Counted from the first letter of the stretch, positions 29,601 to 40,383 are shown. The stretch is DNA of 64,000 nucleotides from Candidatus Poribacteria bacterium (GCA_963665235.2 CAXXLX010000001.1:352001-416000); one strand, 5' to 3'. Made by a program: numbers and translations. Notes: a model not told the origin generated them from the sequence alone.

Positions 29601-32600
29601 TAGCTCCTCAAGGACTTCAGGGATGATAGGTGTATCTATCCAGAACGGTGCTCCGCCGATAGCGGTTCGCTCTTTGTCGTGAGCAAATACGCGAACGACC
29701 CCTCTGCCGGGGACAGCGGTGTTTGGCACGTCAAGTCGAATGGTATTGTATTCGCCTTGCCAGATGCTGCCGGACCGACGCCGGACGATTTCGTTCCCGA
29801 ACGTATCGTCAAAGTGGTTCTGAAAAATAGCGACGGCTTCAACGATTTCTGTGCTAAAGTCTTCTGCTTTCCAAAAGCGTCCATCCGGTCCGAAGGCACC
29901 TATCTCGTTTGCCGTAACAACGATATCCTTGCTGGAGTTTAGCGCGATATGCTCCAATTCAACGGTTATATCGAGGGTCGGACACGCAAGTTTTGTGGCA
30001 GGGTCACCGAGTAAGATATACTGTTCTGTTCCGGGTATCCACTGCTGGTTGCTGATGCGGCTAATGAACCGAATTTTCGCATCGGTAACAATTTGACCGA
30101 TACTGGGCTGGACAGCAGCGGGTGCATTGTGTCCTGGTGCGTTGGACGTTTTGGCAAACATTGCAGTGAATAGGTCGGTGTCAAATTCGGCATTCGCTGT
30201 AGCGTAAGTTAAACGACTCGCGGAGAGGGAAGCGATAGCCCCTTTAGGGCTGTGTAAAAACTGCTCGCTGAGACTATGCCTACCGAATTGTCGCGGTTTA
30301 TCGAATTCGCCATTGAGACAGGTAGTGGTTATCACAAACGGAAGATGGCGGTTTTGTAGGACATCCACATCTTCAATGCGGAAGATAGATTCATCCGCCC
30401 AGGTCTCACTGCCTCCGTGTCCTGCATATTCAATGACAAGCGTGCCTTGGTTGATAGCGGTTCGGATAAGCGAACGGGTTTTTCCAGCGTCATCGATTTT
30501 TCCCAAATAGAGCTGTTTCGTGTTGTAGGCAAGCGGTATAACCTCCTGAATGAGTTTATTGCGGGAGTTCTCAAAAAGCACATCGCCGGGGTTGTCTGAA
30601 TCATCATCGGCAACCTGGACAAGGGTCGCTTGCCAAGGGCCCAGTTGCTGGTTTTTTTCGTAGTTGATTATCTTTCGGACCATCTGGGTCAGCTCCGCTG
30701 GCGTTTGGACAGAGAGCCGCCCGATATGCATATCCGGAAGTGCATCATCTCCGCTGACATTCACAAACCGTTGGTCCATTGCCGTTTCTCCACTTTCTGG
30801 GGCCCATCCGTGATAGGTTGGCACGAAGATGGGGTAAATGTTGTAGTTTGGATTGCGGGCAAAGTGTTTCGCCGTGATGCCCTTGTAATCGTAGTGGGCA
30901 TCGCCAACGAGCAAAACGTAACTGGGAATCGGGTGTTGCCAGGTATGGTAAGCGTATTGCAAAAACTTCTGAATCGCGAACGGCGTGAAAATGCCCCCGC
31001 TAAATTCGTTGTAGATGTCATCTACATCCACGACTTGGACAGTCAACCCCTGTGCTTTCCGAAAATCTACAAGCGGCTGGATGCTATCTAAAAACGTTTT
31101 GTGACTAATTACGATATAGTCGGCTTGCGTTGCGGGGCTAAGCAGCGGGGTCGGCGGTATTTCAGTTAGTGCGCCGACCTGTCTATAAGCGTTGTTCGCA
31201 ATCGCGACGTAGCCGGCCCCTTTTGCCGGTTTGTCCTCAAACAGGATGCTATAGGTGCTCCCGCTCCGTTTAACTTCTCCATCTACTAACTTCGCAGTTA
31301 GGCTTCCGTTCCCTTCTAGGGTGTATACATCTATTGCTGCCGTGGAGAAGTCCGTTACGCGATAATGCCTTATTTCCGTGGAAATGCGCGGGTCCGTATT
31401 TGTATTGAAAAAGAGTCTGTTATTGCGTGCGCGAAAATCGTGCCAATATTCAAATTCGTACCAATCTAGGTAGAAATCGAAATTACCCTCCGGTGTTTTA
31501 TTCTTATCGAGTGCATCGATTTGCAGTGAGTTTTCCAGATTGTGGTGGATGAATTTCTGAGGGATGTCGCGTACTGCTATCTGAAATGCTTGCCGAGTCC
31601 ATTCTGTCTCACCGAATGCGTTGCCGTTTATGTAAAACTTTGCCTTATGACGTGCTACCCCCCGACGCGAGGCTCCTTGGAGTTTGATGCTGAGGATAGC
31701 GTTTCTGTCTATGGTAAATCGTGAAACGGCCCCAGGCAGTACAAAGCCGAATTTTTTCCGACTTTCTTTGCTATTATCGCCTCTGAAACCGGTCCAAAAA
31801 TAGTGGTCCGCCACATCCGAGCGAACATCAACTCCAGTAAGGGGGTTATGATGAACATCTTCTTCGAACCGCTTTTTCGCCAAAAAGGATGTCGGGACAA
31901 CGAGGTCCTGTGTCTGCGGGGTTGCCGAGCGGGTGTTCACACGGAACACTCTATCCTCTTCAGGGGACCCTACAGTCGACGCTGCCCCTTTGTGCGTAAA
32001 ACTGAGCCAGTAATAGTTCACATTTGTAAATTTGGTAATGCGGGCGCGTCCGTAGAAGATGATTTTATCGGAGGGGTCGAACGTTTGATTCTGATTTTGG
32101 TCTAAAATATAGTACCCTACTTCGTCGCCACCAGTTTTGATGAGAATGCTGTTCAAATCAATAGTTTCAGGCGAGTCCACCCCGGCAGCTTTGAGGTTGT
32201 TGTAGCTGATGTAATACATATCACTGCGGGTGATAGGTGTTTTAAAACGGCGGCGGGAAACAGTTTGGACAGCTGGGGCGCGTGGCACATTAGCATCTAG
32301 TGCTAAATTTCCGCGCCCGTTTGCAAACACTGCCTGTCGCCAGGCGGCAGCTTGGGTGTTGTTAATAAGCGATGTCCGAAAGATATTTTGATATGTTGCA
32401 GCCCCCCCATTAGGTGGGAAATTCGAGGATTCCCACTGTCTATCGGAAACGGTGCCCTGACTCGGTACGCCATAAAAATCGATGCGGAACGTCAGGTCAT
32501 GGGTGATACGCAGCTGTTGTGTCTTTGTGTTGTATTGTATCGGGTGAATACGCAAGATGCCAATCCGCTGTTCCCGAACGTATCCAACGGGTACGACCTC

Positions 32601-33059
32601 TAACAACGCCGTAGGATAGAACGGGCCTGCTGCCGTTTCTGTGGGAGCGTCAGGAAACCGTGGGTCGGGCGGTGCCAGCTGCAACGCACGGACGTTCTTA
32701 AAAGTAGTCTGTTTTTCAAGCACGGTTGCAGCAACATGGTTTGTAGGGGGCAAACCGATTTGGCTGGTATAGATAGGAAGCCTCGGTTTGCCGGTATCGG
32801 TTGTCCAGGAGGCACCCTCAAGACGGATATGCGTGACCTCTTGTCCGTTGTGCAGCTGCTTTTGTATGGCATAGTTTGGCAAACGAAATCGTAGAATGAG
32901 AAAATCCGGAGCAGTTCTGACAACTTGTAGGGGGGCTCTATGGGAAACAAGCGGGTGTGTGTTTCCGTTGCGCGGCAGCGAGGAAATGTCTTGCGCGCCC
33001 CCCGGTTTAACGAATGTGATGCTTATTATAAGACTGAGCAAGAAAAAAAAATGTTTCAT
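26631..33059 (-). CDS. Very large peptidase C25 (gingipain/PorU-like) with a C-terminal FlgD-Ig/T9SS-type sorting domain
   Basis: Signal peptide; C25 propeptide (GKPRLP); YVLLVGDA, IGRLSV, catalytic YAGHG and TTTCLNG; C-terminus PNP...IKIYTVNGRLIR...NGVYLY...KLAILR. Confidence 0.88.
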   Translation of the reverse strand: MKHFFFLLSLIISITFVKPGGAQDISSLPRNGNTHPLVSHRAPLQVVRTAPDFLILRFRLPNYAIQKQLHNGQEVTHIRLEGASWTTDTGKPRLPIYTSQIGLPPTNHVAATVLEKQTTFKNVRALQLAPPDPRFPDAPTETAAGPFYPTALLEVVPVGYVREQRIGILRIHPIQYNTKTQQLRITHDLTFRIDFYGVPSQGTVSDRQWESSNFPPNGGAATYQNIFRTSLINNTQAAAWRQAVFANGRGNLALDANVPRAPAVQTVSRRRFKTPITRSDMYYISYNNLKAAGVDSPETIDLNSILIKTGGDEVGYYILDQNQNQTFDPSDKIIFYGRARITKFTNVNYYWLSFTHKGAASTVGSPEEDRVFRVNTRSATPQTQDLVVPTSFLAKKRFEEDVHHNPLTGVDVRSDVADHYFWTGFRGDNSKESRKKFGFVLPGAVSRFTIDRNAILSIKLQGASRRGVARHKAKFYINGNAFGETEWTRQAFQIAVRDIPQKFIHHNLENSLQIDALDKNKTPEGNFDFYLDWYEFEYWHDFRARNNRLFFNTNTDPRISTEIRHYRVTDFSTAAIDVYTLEGNGSLTAKLVDGEVKRSGSTYSILFEDKPAKGAGYVAIANNAYRQVGALTEIPPTPLLSPATQADYIVISHKTFLDSIQPLVDFRKAQGLTVQVVDVDDIYNEFSGGIFTPFAIQKFLQYAYHTWQHPIPSYVLLVGDAHYDYKGITAKHFARNPNYNIYPIFVPTYHGWAPESGETAMDQRFVNVSGDDALPDMHIGRLSVQTPAELTQMVRKIINYEKNQQLGPWQATLVQVADDDSDNPGDVLFENSRNKLIQEVIPLAYNTKQLYLGKIDDAGKTRSLIRTAINQGTLVIEYAGHGGSETWADESIFRIEDVDVLQNRHLPFVITTTCLNGEFDKPRQFGRHSLSEQFLHSPKGAIASLSASRLTYATANAEFDTDLFTAMFAKTSNAPGHNAPAAVQPSIGQIVTDAKIRFISRISNQQWIPGTEQYILLGDPATKLACPTLDITVELEHIALNSSKDIVVTANEIGAFGPDGRFWKAEDFSTEIVEAVAIFQNHFDDTFGNEIVRRRSGSIWQGEYNTIRLDVPNTAVPGRGVVRVFAHDKERTAIGGAPFWIDTPIIPEVLEELDVTKTDTLNITALVLDDLGAAQGIRNIEVVWDSTVQLDAQTYAMVKTTAPSRNQELLPTPPNGQWYQLQTPIPLPKGGGKVRYRIGVTDSTGLEVKYPSANQRSVVDVPEGPNIAIRTDATQGAPIRYIFNPETEKYALVAFLINNGGRTVKSEVEIVFAEGDPDFQGDLQIDEDADIIGTVTLHPSDWQSEGDTVLQSATAELVLQEALATGAHRIYVIADPDVDLSDDIRGNISEPREYDNKQFISFVVNEFYYTSSEPLTASSLDRVFDIHFPVEAVATGGQQRVPLSISTSAPLPLTQPALTFAPIPRVAALRRGRQRTDAPGVQHYEAIFRTANATLKKPARVKLRFDINGLEDAVKEKTPWATEGSQEYKDALIAEAEKLAIYAWQPNYKKWRRLPSDIHYVTPDETSEENTVFQLDNYVTPTQADNASEQTVLTEHIKIDASFAPAATWVILFLDESRYEIFFKRKRDIDTITKVGEIGQLDTVFREEGYGLELQISTPSEGRPFEFADILVFKTDYDEGKAYLVEIRNQNEGNGTASITARLGLKQTFQTGDWFLFFTSEQHYEIWDHTGTPVRLPNVTNTKVVGVVNKPLFLSHIGLEILVTGGSEPFHFGDKMKFSTANVATISADVTELTPFTLINSEDTEPPDFKLWVDGIQPQDGSVIPPRPLISLLLQDANGIDLDTLAIRRGDNGNPLVPVTDYTRRNTDDTNTIPIDYKPIFFPGEYVFEIEVRDFNGNAIGGKAEVVKTRFSVIQNPDITSPVIDIIVNDTKIEMGVIENATHITKQPRCEIRVADDIALDDTLLNIRFNRVSDNTAADENMRRYREFDEAKWELISDKAGVPQNANINFAPDLSNGTYQIHVTATDTSENTTDVTATFTLQEAVTLREVFNVPNPVETGSTFFTYHLAQMSDSVTIKIYTVNGRLIRTIKDASANRGTNETRWDCRDETGTRCANGVYLYRVIADTEDGSVQKVGKLAILR

Positions 33060-33069
33060 CGGTTCATAA

Positions 33070-34131
33070 CTATTGACTATTTGCCATTTGTGCCGCGGCA
33101 GCTAGGGCAGCGATGAGACTCGTTTCGTTGGCAATGCCCTTTCCTGCAATATCAAACGCTGTCCCGTGGTCAACGCTTGTCCGTACAATCGGTAAACCTA
33201 AGGTGATGTTCACAGTTCGTCCGAAACCGAGCAGTTTTATCGGGATATTGCCCTGGTCATGATACATGGCGATGACGGCATCCCATTCCCCGCGGGCAGC
33301 CTTGATAAAGAGGGTGTCAGCTGGCAGTGGTCCATCAACGTGATACCCGGCAGCTTGTGCTTGTCGGATAGCAGGGACGATATAGGTTTCCTCCTCCCCA
33401 TTTCCAAGCATGCCGTCTTCGCCTGCATGTGGGTTCAATCCTGCTAAAACGAGCCTCGGAGACACAATGCCGAACTGCTGGAGGGCCGTATGTGTTATTT
33501 CAATGACATCGCGGATTCTTTCCACTGAAAGCTGCTGTGAGACCGAGGCGAGTGGAATGTGATTTGTGACGAAAGAGACGGTCAGTCGTGTTTCTGCAGG
33601 AGCCGCCTGGACACAACCGACGGGGTCCGCCCAAGTTTTCAGCATCATAACAACTTTCGGTGTTTGCGTCAAATCCGCAAGCATTTCCGTATGCCCCGGG
33701 TAGGGGGACCCTGCGCGTTGAATTGCAGCTTTACAAATCGGAGCGGTTGTGATAGCGTCAAGGCTCCCGTTGCATGTGAGTTGCACCCCGTGCTCAACCG
33801 CGCTAATTGCAGCACTGCCGCACTTTGCAGCTATGGTTCCCATTGAAAACGTCCCCGGTTGCAACGTGCTCACATCAAGGACATCAATTCGTCCGTGACT
33901 CGCGGGGGGCCACTGCTGGGCCTCTGTAATGGCACTTACTTTTGGATAACGCCATGCAGCTGTATCACAAGCGGTATAAGCGAATCTGAGTGCATCCCGA
34001 ATGACTGCCGAGCTCCCAATCACAAGCGGCTGACATAACGCGTAGACGTACTTGTGGCTCAGTGCCTTAACAATAATTTCAGGACCGATGCCTGCAGCAT
34101 CGCCCATCGTTATTCCTATACGCGGCAACAT
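33070..34131 (-). CDS. pdxA: 4-hydroxythreonine-4-phosphate dehydrogenase
   Basis: MGDAAGIGPE, GHTE, NPHAGE, MYHDQG, RTSVDHGTAFDIAG. Confidence 0.95.
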   Translation of the reverse strand: MLPRIGITMGDAAGIGPEIIVKALSHKYVYALCQPLVIGSSAVIRDALRFAYTACDTAAWRYPKVSAITEAQQWPPASHGRIDVLDVSTLQPGTFSMGTIAAKCGSAAISAVEHGVQLTCNGSLDAITTAPICKAAIQRAGSPYPGHTEMLADLTQTPKVVMMLKTWADPVGCVQAAPAETRLTVSFVTNHIPLASVSQQLSVERIRDVIEITHTALQQFGIVSPRLVLAGLNPHAGEDGMLGNGEEETYIVPAIRQAQAAGYHVDGPLPADTLFIKAARGEWDAVIAMYHDQGNIPIKLLGFGRTVNITLGLPIVRTSVDHGTAFDIAGKGIANETSLIAALAAAAQMANSQ

Positions 34132-34191
34132 TTTTTAATTATGGAGCCTCCGCTTCGCCAATCAACGGTTTTCGACTATGCCGATTCCCGC

Positions 34192-36723
34192 CTATCCAAT
34201 TATGTTTGTGTTCTGTAACGTGACATCTTCTACGACAGGCGGTACTACAGTGTCAGGATTACTTTCTATATCGGGGTCCGGTTCGGTTTTCAGGGCAAGC
34301 GTAATGACTTGTGTCATATCGTTGACTGGGTGCCACTGAATTTTGTCCCGAATGTCATCCGGTACCTCTGAAACGTCCTTCTCATTGTCTTCAGGGATAA
34401 TGATGTCAACAATACCGTTTCGATAGGCGGCGAGTGCTTTCTCTTTGAGCCCTCCGATTGTGAGGACATGCCCTCGGAGCGTGATTTCGCCTGTCATTGC
34501 GACATCTTTTCTCACCTTTTTACCGGTGATAGTGCTGAAAATAGCGGTTGCGACGGTGATACCTGCTGAGGGCCCGTCTTTCGGAACAGCCCCTTCTGGA
34601 ATATGGATATGGATGTCGTTCTTTTCAAAGATTGCTGGGTCGATGTCAAAGGCTTCTGCGCGGGACCGGAGGTATGCCACAGCGGTTTGCACAGATTCCC
34701 GCATCACTTCTTGGAGCTGTCCGGTCATATTCAATTTGCCTTCCCCGGGCATAAGCGTGGCTTCAACCGAGACAATATCGCCGCCGACCTGTGTCCAGAC
34801 CATGCCTGTTGCGACTCCGACCTCATCATGCTCCTGTGCCTTGGTACGTGTCCACTTTGGTGGCCCGAGGTAGTCTCTGAGCTCAGCTTCAATCACTTCA
34901 GTTTTCATATCGGGGGTATCTTCGGTGACTATCTGCTTCGCGATTTTTCGGCAAATATTGGTAATGTTCCGTTCTAGGCTACGGACCCCTGCTTCTCGCG
35001 TGTATTTGTGGATGATTTCAAATATTGCGGTGTCAGCAAAGGTGATATTTTCTGGGGACAACCCGTGCGTTTTTAGTTGCTTCGGAATGAGCCCATTCGG
35101 TTCAAAGGTTGCGATTTTGTGCTTCTCAAAATCGGTATAGCCTGGCAATTCAATCACTTCCATGCGGTCTTCAAGGGCGGGCGGTATGGTGACCCGCGTA
35201 TTGGCTGTGGTGATAAACATTACCTCCGAGAGGTCAAATTCAACATCAAGGTAGTGGTCCCGGAAGGTTTCATTCTGTTCCGGGTCAAGTACTTCCAGCA
35301 GTGCGGATGCGGGGTCGCCGCGCCAATCGGAGCTGAGTTTATCAATTTCATCGAGCAGGAACAGCGGGTTTTTGGTTTTGACATCGCGCAAGCCTTGTAT
35401 GATACGCCCCGGAATTGCCCCGATGTAAGTACGCCGATGCCCACGAATTTCCGCTTCATCCCGTACGCCGCCGAGCGACATCCGGACGAATTTTCTACCT
35501 GTCGCGCGTGCAACGGATTTCCCTAACGATGTTTTGCCAACACCCGGTGGGCCCACTAAGCAAAGAATCGGACCTTTGACCTGTTCAACTAATTTCAAAA
35601 CAGCGAGATATTCTAAAACGCTCGCTTTCGGTTTGTCTAGCCCGTAATGGTCTTCATCAAGGATTTGGGAAGCTTGTGTAAGTTCGATGCTATTTTCGGT
35701 ACGTTCTTTCCAGGGGACAGCGAGTAGCCAATCAATATAGGTGCGAATCACGCCGGACTCGGCAGAAAACGGAGGTATCTGCCCCAGTCGGTTGAGCTCC
35801 TTGAGTGCTTTTTCTTTTGCCTCGTCGGTCATGCCTGCTTCTTTGACCTGTTCGCGGAGGGATTCAACGTCGTCTATTTCCTCGCCTCGCCCTAATTTGT
35901 TTTGAATAACTTTCATCTTTTCTTGGAGGAAGAATTCACGTTGCGTTTTCTCAACAGATTTTCGGACATCGTTCAAAATTTCTTCCTCTAGCTCTAACGT
36001 TTCAAGGTCGGCTTCCAGCAGTGCTGTGACGAGTTGGAGCCGCTTCATCGGATTAAGTTCCTCAAGAATTTCTTGACGTTTGACAGGTGGGAACTTAGCA
36101 AATCGGGCAATCGTATCGGCAAGCAGTCCGGGTTCTGTTAGGTCTCGTACCAGAATTTCTGCTGCGGGCAGAATATCGTCAGAATGCGATTTGGCATAAC
36201 TCCGGAAAGCACGTTTTGCATCCCGCCGAAGTTCCGAGGCAGCAGCGGAAACACCGGTGACTTCAGCGACGATTTTTACTTCTGTCTTTAAGTAGCCATC
36301 AACAGTATCGCAGCTGGTGACGATTGCGCGGGCGATTGGCTCTATTGCAAGCCGGAGGGTACCATCCTTCGGGTCGTGAACATCAACAATCTTTGAAGCA
36401 ACACCGATAGTGTACAGGTCGTCCGGTTGCACTTCAGCGTCTTCTTCAAGGTCCGTTTTTTGATGCAGGAGCAAAACTCTCTTATTGGTGCGGAGTGCCT
36501 CATGTGCAGCAAGCACCCCCCTTTCACGCCCTACAGGCACAAGGGTCCAGTCCATTAACCGCCTTTCAACAACCGAGCCCGTTTTTGGCAGGTCAACAAC
36601 ATCTTTGGTTTTCGGAAAAACAGTCTGAAAATGGGGCGGTAAGGCGATAACAGGCAAAAGGATAGGGGTATCGCTTTTCGTTTGTGATTCGCTAGAGGCA
36701 GGCCGCTCTCTTTCACGGTTCAT
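34192..36723 (-). CDS. lon: ATP-dependent Lon protease
   Basis: GPPGVGKTS, RGHRRTY, PKDGPSAG, AMTGE. Confidence 0.98.
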   Translation of the reverse strand: MNRERERPASSESQTKSDTPILLPVIALPPHFQTVFPKTKDVVDLPKTGSVVERRLMDWTLVPVGRERGVLAAHEALRTNKRVLLLHQKTDLEEDAEVQPDDLYTIGVASKIVDVHDPKDGTLRLAIEPIARAIVTSCDTVDGYLKTEVKIVAEVTGVSAAASELRRDAKRAFRSYAKSHSDDILPAAEILVRDLTEPGLLADTIARFAKFPPVKRQEILEELNPMKRLQLVTALLEADLETLELEEEILNDVRKSVEKTQREFFLQEKMKVIQNKLGRGEEIDDVESLREQVKEAGMTDEAKEKALKELNRLGQIPPFSAESGVIRTYIDWLLAVPWKERTENSIELTQASQILDEDHYGLDKPKASVLEYLAVLKLVEQVKGPILCLVGPPGVGKTSLGKSVARATGRKFVRMSLGGVRDEAEIRGHRRTYIGAIPGRIIQGLRDVKTKNPLFLLDEIDKLSSDWRGDPASALLEVLDPEQNETFRDHYLDVEFDLSEVMFITTANTRVTIPPALEDRMEVIELPGYTDFEKHKIATFEPNGLIPKQLKTHGLSPENITFADTAIFEIIHKYTREAGVRSLERNITNICRKIAKQIVTEDTPDMKTEVIEAELRDYLGPPKWTRTKAQEHDEVGVATGMVWTQVGGDIVSVEATLMPGEGKLNMTGQLQEVMRESVQTAVAYLRSRAEAFDIDPAIFEKNDIHIHIPEGAVPKDGPSAGITVATAIFSTITGKKVRKDVAMTGEITLRGHVLTIGGLKEKALAAYRNGIVDIIIPEDNEKDVSEVPDDIRDKIQWHPVNDMTQVITLALKTEPDPDIESNPDTVVPPVVEDVTLQNTNIIG

Positions 36724-36822
36724 AATCGCTCCTTTTATTGGCTTAGGGTTTATACTTTGTCGTTAATTTTTAAAAACCTATAGCTATTTCATAGGCGGGA
36801 TACCAAACCATGCCTCCAACCG

Positions 36823-38109
36823 CTACGATGCGGTTTTAAGGACTTCAGAGGCGTTGTTAATCAATTCAGGGGATTTGTTTTCTAAAACGCAGGCTTCCGT
36901 TACCTGACATGCTTGAACCTCCGAAAGCGAGGGTATCTGGTACATCGTATCCAACATAATACCTTCTAGGACAGTTCGGAGGCCTCTGGCACCGGTCTCT
37001 CTTGCGATGACCTGATCTGCTATTGCAGAAAGCGCGCCATCCGTTACATCAAATTCCACCCCTTCGTACGCTAAAAGTTGCTTATACTGTTTGACAAGGG
37101 CATTTTTCGGCTCTGTCAAAATCCGAATCAGCGCAGGGGCATCCAGGTCGTGCAGCGTTGCAAGAATAGGTAATCTCCCAATCAATTCAGGAATAAACCC
37201 GTATTTAATTAAATCTTTAGGGATAACATGTTCAAGGATTTCGTGAAATTTCTGTTTCTGTTTGGAAACAACCGCTGAGCCGAAACCGATGCTCTGTTTA
37301 CCGATACGCTGCTTGATAGCCGCATCTAAACCGATAAAGGTACCCCCACAGATAAAAAGGACCTGTTTCGTATCCACTTCTATCATCTCTTGATGTGGAT
37401 GTTTCCGTCCCCCTTGCGGTGGCACACTTGCAACGGTGCCTTCTAAGATTTTAAGAAGGGCTTGCTGGACTCCTTCGCCAGAAACGTCCCGGGTAATAGA
37501 TGGGTTTTCAGATTTTCGGGTAATTTTGTCTATTTCATCTATGTAGATAATACCGTGTTGTGCACGCCGCGTGTCGCCATCTGCTGCTTGAACCAATTTC
37601 CGCAGAATGTTTTCCACATCTTCACCGACGTACCCCGCTTCTGTCAAAGTGGTAGCATCTGTAATCGCGAACGGTACATTTAAAACCTTCGCGAGCGTTT
37701 GGGCGAGAAGCGTTTTACCTGTGCCAGTCGGCCCTATCAACAGAATATTGCTTTTGTCCAACTCAACATCGCTCGTTTCGGGATGTTGTAAACGTTTATA
37801 GTGGGTGTAAACGGCTACGGAGAGGATTTTTTTCGCTTGCTCTTGCCCGATAACATATTCATCAAGTTTCGCTTTAATTTCTGCGGGTTCCAGTAGTAAA
37901 ACTGGCGGTGGCAGTTTTTCCGCTTTTTGAGCGGTTTGGTCGTTGGCGGGGGTCTGTTTGGAAGAATCTCCCTCGTTAAGAATCTCGTTGCATCTGGCAA
38001 TACATCTATCACAGATATTCGCCTCGGGGCCTTGAAGAAGTTGCTGGACCTCCTCACGTTCTTTCCTACAGAAAGAGCAAAACATTTTCTGATTGATGAT
38101 GTCTGACAT
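36823..38109 (-). CDS. clpX: ATP-dependent Clp protease ATP-binding subunit
   Basis: CSFC..ICDRC zinc finger, [27 protein letters not shown]. Confidence 0.98.
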   Translation of the reverse strand: MSDIINQKMFCSFCRKEREEVQQLLQGPEANICDRCIARCNEILNEGDSSKQTPANDQTAQKAEKLPPPVLLLEPAEIKAKLDEYVIGQEQAKKILSVAVYTHYKRLQHPETSDVELDKSNILLIGPTGTGKTLLAQTLAKVLNVPFAITDATTLTEAGYVGEDVENILRKLVQAADGDTRRAQHGIIYIDEIDKITRKSENPSITRDVSGEGVQQALLKILEGTVASVPPQGGRKHPHQEMIEVDTKQVLFICGGTFIGLDAAIKQRIGKQSIGFGSAVVSKQKQKFHEILEHVIPKDLIKYGFIPELIGRLPILATLHDLDAPALIRILTEPKNALVKQYKQLLAYEGVEFDVTDGALSAIADQVIARETGARGLRTVLEGIMLDTMYQIPSLSEVQACQVTEACVLENKSPELINNASEVLKTAS

Positions 38110-38136
38110 TTTTTCCTCCGACTCTTTTTCGGACGT

Positions 38137-38727
38137 TTATTGACGATGTGTTACTACCGAATCAACGATTCCATACTCAAGTGCCTCTTGGGCAGTCATA
38201 TAAAAATCCCTATCCGCATCGGTTTCAATTTTTTCGATACTTTGCCCGGTATGTTCCGATAAAATCGTATACAAGCGGCCTCGTTCACGCAGGATTTCGT
38301 TGGCATGGATACTGATGTCCGAAGCTTGGCCGCCAATACCCCCTGCCATCGGTTGATGGATAAGTGCCTTCGCATGCGGCAACGCATACCTTTTCCCAGG
38401 CGTACCCGCTGCTAAAAGAACAGCTCCCATACTATACGCCCGTCCCAAACACCAGGTCTGCACATCCGCTTGGATATACTGCATTGTGTCGTAAATGGCT
38501 AAACCTGCAGAAACCGACCCGCCCGGCGTGTTCAAATACAACACGATATCCGCATCAGGGTCTTTTCCTTCAAGGAAAAGCATCTGCGCTGTCACTAAAC
38601 TCGCTACAGTGTCATCTTCAATAGCAGACCCAATCATAATGATTCGATCTTCAAGCAACCGGGAATAGATGTCGTAAGAACGCTCCCCCCGGCTCGTTTG
38701 TTCAACAACAATAGGTACAAGATTCAT
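38137..38727 (-). CDS. clpP: Clp protease proteolytic subunit
   Basis: DIYSRLL, PGG, catalytic SMG / HQP / DRD. Confidence 0.97.
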   Translation of the reverse strand: MNLVPIVVEQTSRGERSYDIYSRLLEDRIIMIGSAIEDDTVASLVTAQMLFLEGKDPDADIVLYLNTPGGSVSAGLAIYDTMQYIQADVQTWCLGRAYSMGAVLLAAGTPGKRYALPHAKALIHQPMAGGIGGQASDISIHANEILRERGRLYTILSEHTGQSIEKIETDADRDFYMTAQEALEYGIVDSVVTHRQ

Positions 38728-38790
38728 TTTTTAGGTAAATCCCGCGCGACGCGAAGCCTGCAAATCAATTCACACCACAATAGGCAGGGA

Positions 38791-40113
38791 TTAGGTGATA
38801 ATGAGCGGTTGTTTCGCAGAGGCGTGTTGAATTAAAAATTGATAAATTTTTTCGTGCTGCAGCTCAACCCTGAATTCCTCCAAACGATTGCTTGACTTCA
38901 ACAGGGCCGCATATTTCTGTGCATCCCGATTCGTTTGCTCCGCCACCCGCCGAATTTCTAATTCCAGCTCATCGTCACTTACATGGATGTTTTCAAGGGT
39001 CGCTATCTCATCGAAAATCCAAGTTTGCTTGGTCCGCTCAATGACATCGCGACGCAATTCCGCAGGCAAGGTTTCTAAATCTATCCCCGCGTCCGCCGCT
39101 GTCTGCCCCTGCGCCTGCAACTGATTCTGTACGTTTTCCATCGCCTGCTGCACAGACTTTTCAATGAGATACTCCGGAATAGTTATATCCGTGCTCTCAA
39201 TAAGCTGTGCCAGTATTTCTGCCTTCTGTTTATTAGTTTGAACCAGACGCTCCTCTTCAACCAGATTGTTCCAGATAACACCGAACAGATGCTGGTACGT
39301 GTCATACCCCAAATCCATAGCAAACTCATCGTCTAACGCAGGAAGCTGCTTCCGAGTAATTGCATGCAGCGTAACATCGTAGGTCACACATTTTCCGGCC
39401 AGCATTGGGATGTGATGGGTTGGCTCAAAAGTAACAGAAATCGACTTACTCTCTCCCGCATGCATGCCAAGCAGTCCAGCCCGCAGGTCCGGTTGTATAG
39501 TCTGCAAGCTTAAGTCAATATCTACATCCTGCCCCGCTTCAGTCTCAAATTCTTCACCATCAACAAAGCAGTTCCAATCTAAACGAATACAATCGGAGTC
39601 TTGAACTGGGCGGGTCTCTTCAATCGGCTCAAACGTCGCTGAGTCCAATTGCAACGCTGAAATATAAGCCTCTACATCCTCACGTGGAACGTTAACAGAT
39701 GCTTTGTCTGTCTGGATAGCCGCATAATCGGGAAGTGTAAAGGTCGGTTTGACATTGACAACGGCTGCAAAAACAAGGGGTTGATTTTCAACTACCTTAA
39801 ACTCAGACAACTCCGGCTCAAACACAGGATGCTCAAGCGGAAGGAGCTTTTTGCTTAATATCGCGTTCTCATAAGCAGGGATGACCAATTGTTTGACTAC
39901 CTCGCTACTGACATGCTCCGGATAGCGAGACTTGATAAACGATAAGGGGGCCCGACCTTTTCTGAAGCCAGGAAGGGATACATAGCTACGCAGCGTTTGA
40001 TATGCCTCTTTTAATGCTTCGTTTACATCTTCAATAGGTAATTCAATTTGCAACCGAACTCGCGTGCTATCCAGCATTTCAACTTCAACTTTCAAGCTAA
40101 AATCCCCTTTCAT
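38791..40113 (-). CDS. tig: Trigger factor
   Basis: PGFRKGRAP signature; position upstream of clpP. Confidence 0.93.
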   Translation of the reverse strand: MKGDFSLKVEVEMLDSTRVRLQIELPIEDVNEALKEAYQTLRSYVSLPGFRKGRAPLSFIKSRYPEHVSSEVVKQLVIPAYENAILSKKLLPLEHPVFEPELSEFKVVENQPLVFAAVVNVKPTFTLPDYAAIQTDKASVNVPREDVEAYISALQLDSATFEPIEETRPVQDSDCIRLDWNCFVDGEEFETEAGQDVDIDLSLQTIQPDLRAGLLGMHAGESKSISVTFEPTHHIPMLAGKCVTYDVTLHAITRKQLPALDDEFAMDLGYDTYQHLFGVIWNNLVEEERLVQTNKQKAEILAQLIESTDITIPEYLIEKSVQQAMENVQNQLQAQGQTAADAGIDLETLPAELRRDVIERTKQTWIFDEIATLENIHVSDDELELEIRRVAEQTNRDAQKYAALLKSSNRLEEFRVELQHEKIYQFLIQHASAKQPLIIT

Positions 40114-40200
40114 GTCACAAACTTACAAAATAGCGAAACACTCGAAACGCAAATAACTGCCTGACGTTCCTCGCTCCAAACTAAACGTTTCAGATGCAAG

Positions 40201-40285
40201 TGGGCGAGGAGGGACTTGAACCCTCACGAGGCGTAACCCCAATAGATCCTAAGTCTATCCTGTCTACCAATTCCAGCACCCGCCC
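40201..40285 (-). tRNA. tRNA-Leu(TAG)
   Basis: Long variable arm; loop CT-TAG-GA. Confidence 0.95.
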
Positions 40286-40310
40286 CTATATTGATTGTCT
40301 TCCATAACGA

Positions 40311-40383
40311 TGCGCCGTGAAGGAATCGAACCTTCAACCGCCTGATTAAGAGTCAGATGCTCTGCCAATTGAGCTAACGGCGC
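40311..40383 (-). tRNA. tRNA-Lys(CTT)
   Basis: Cloverleaf; loop CT-CTT-AA. Confidence 0.95.
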
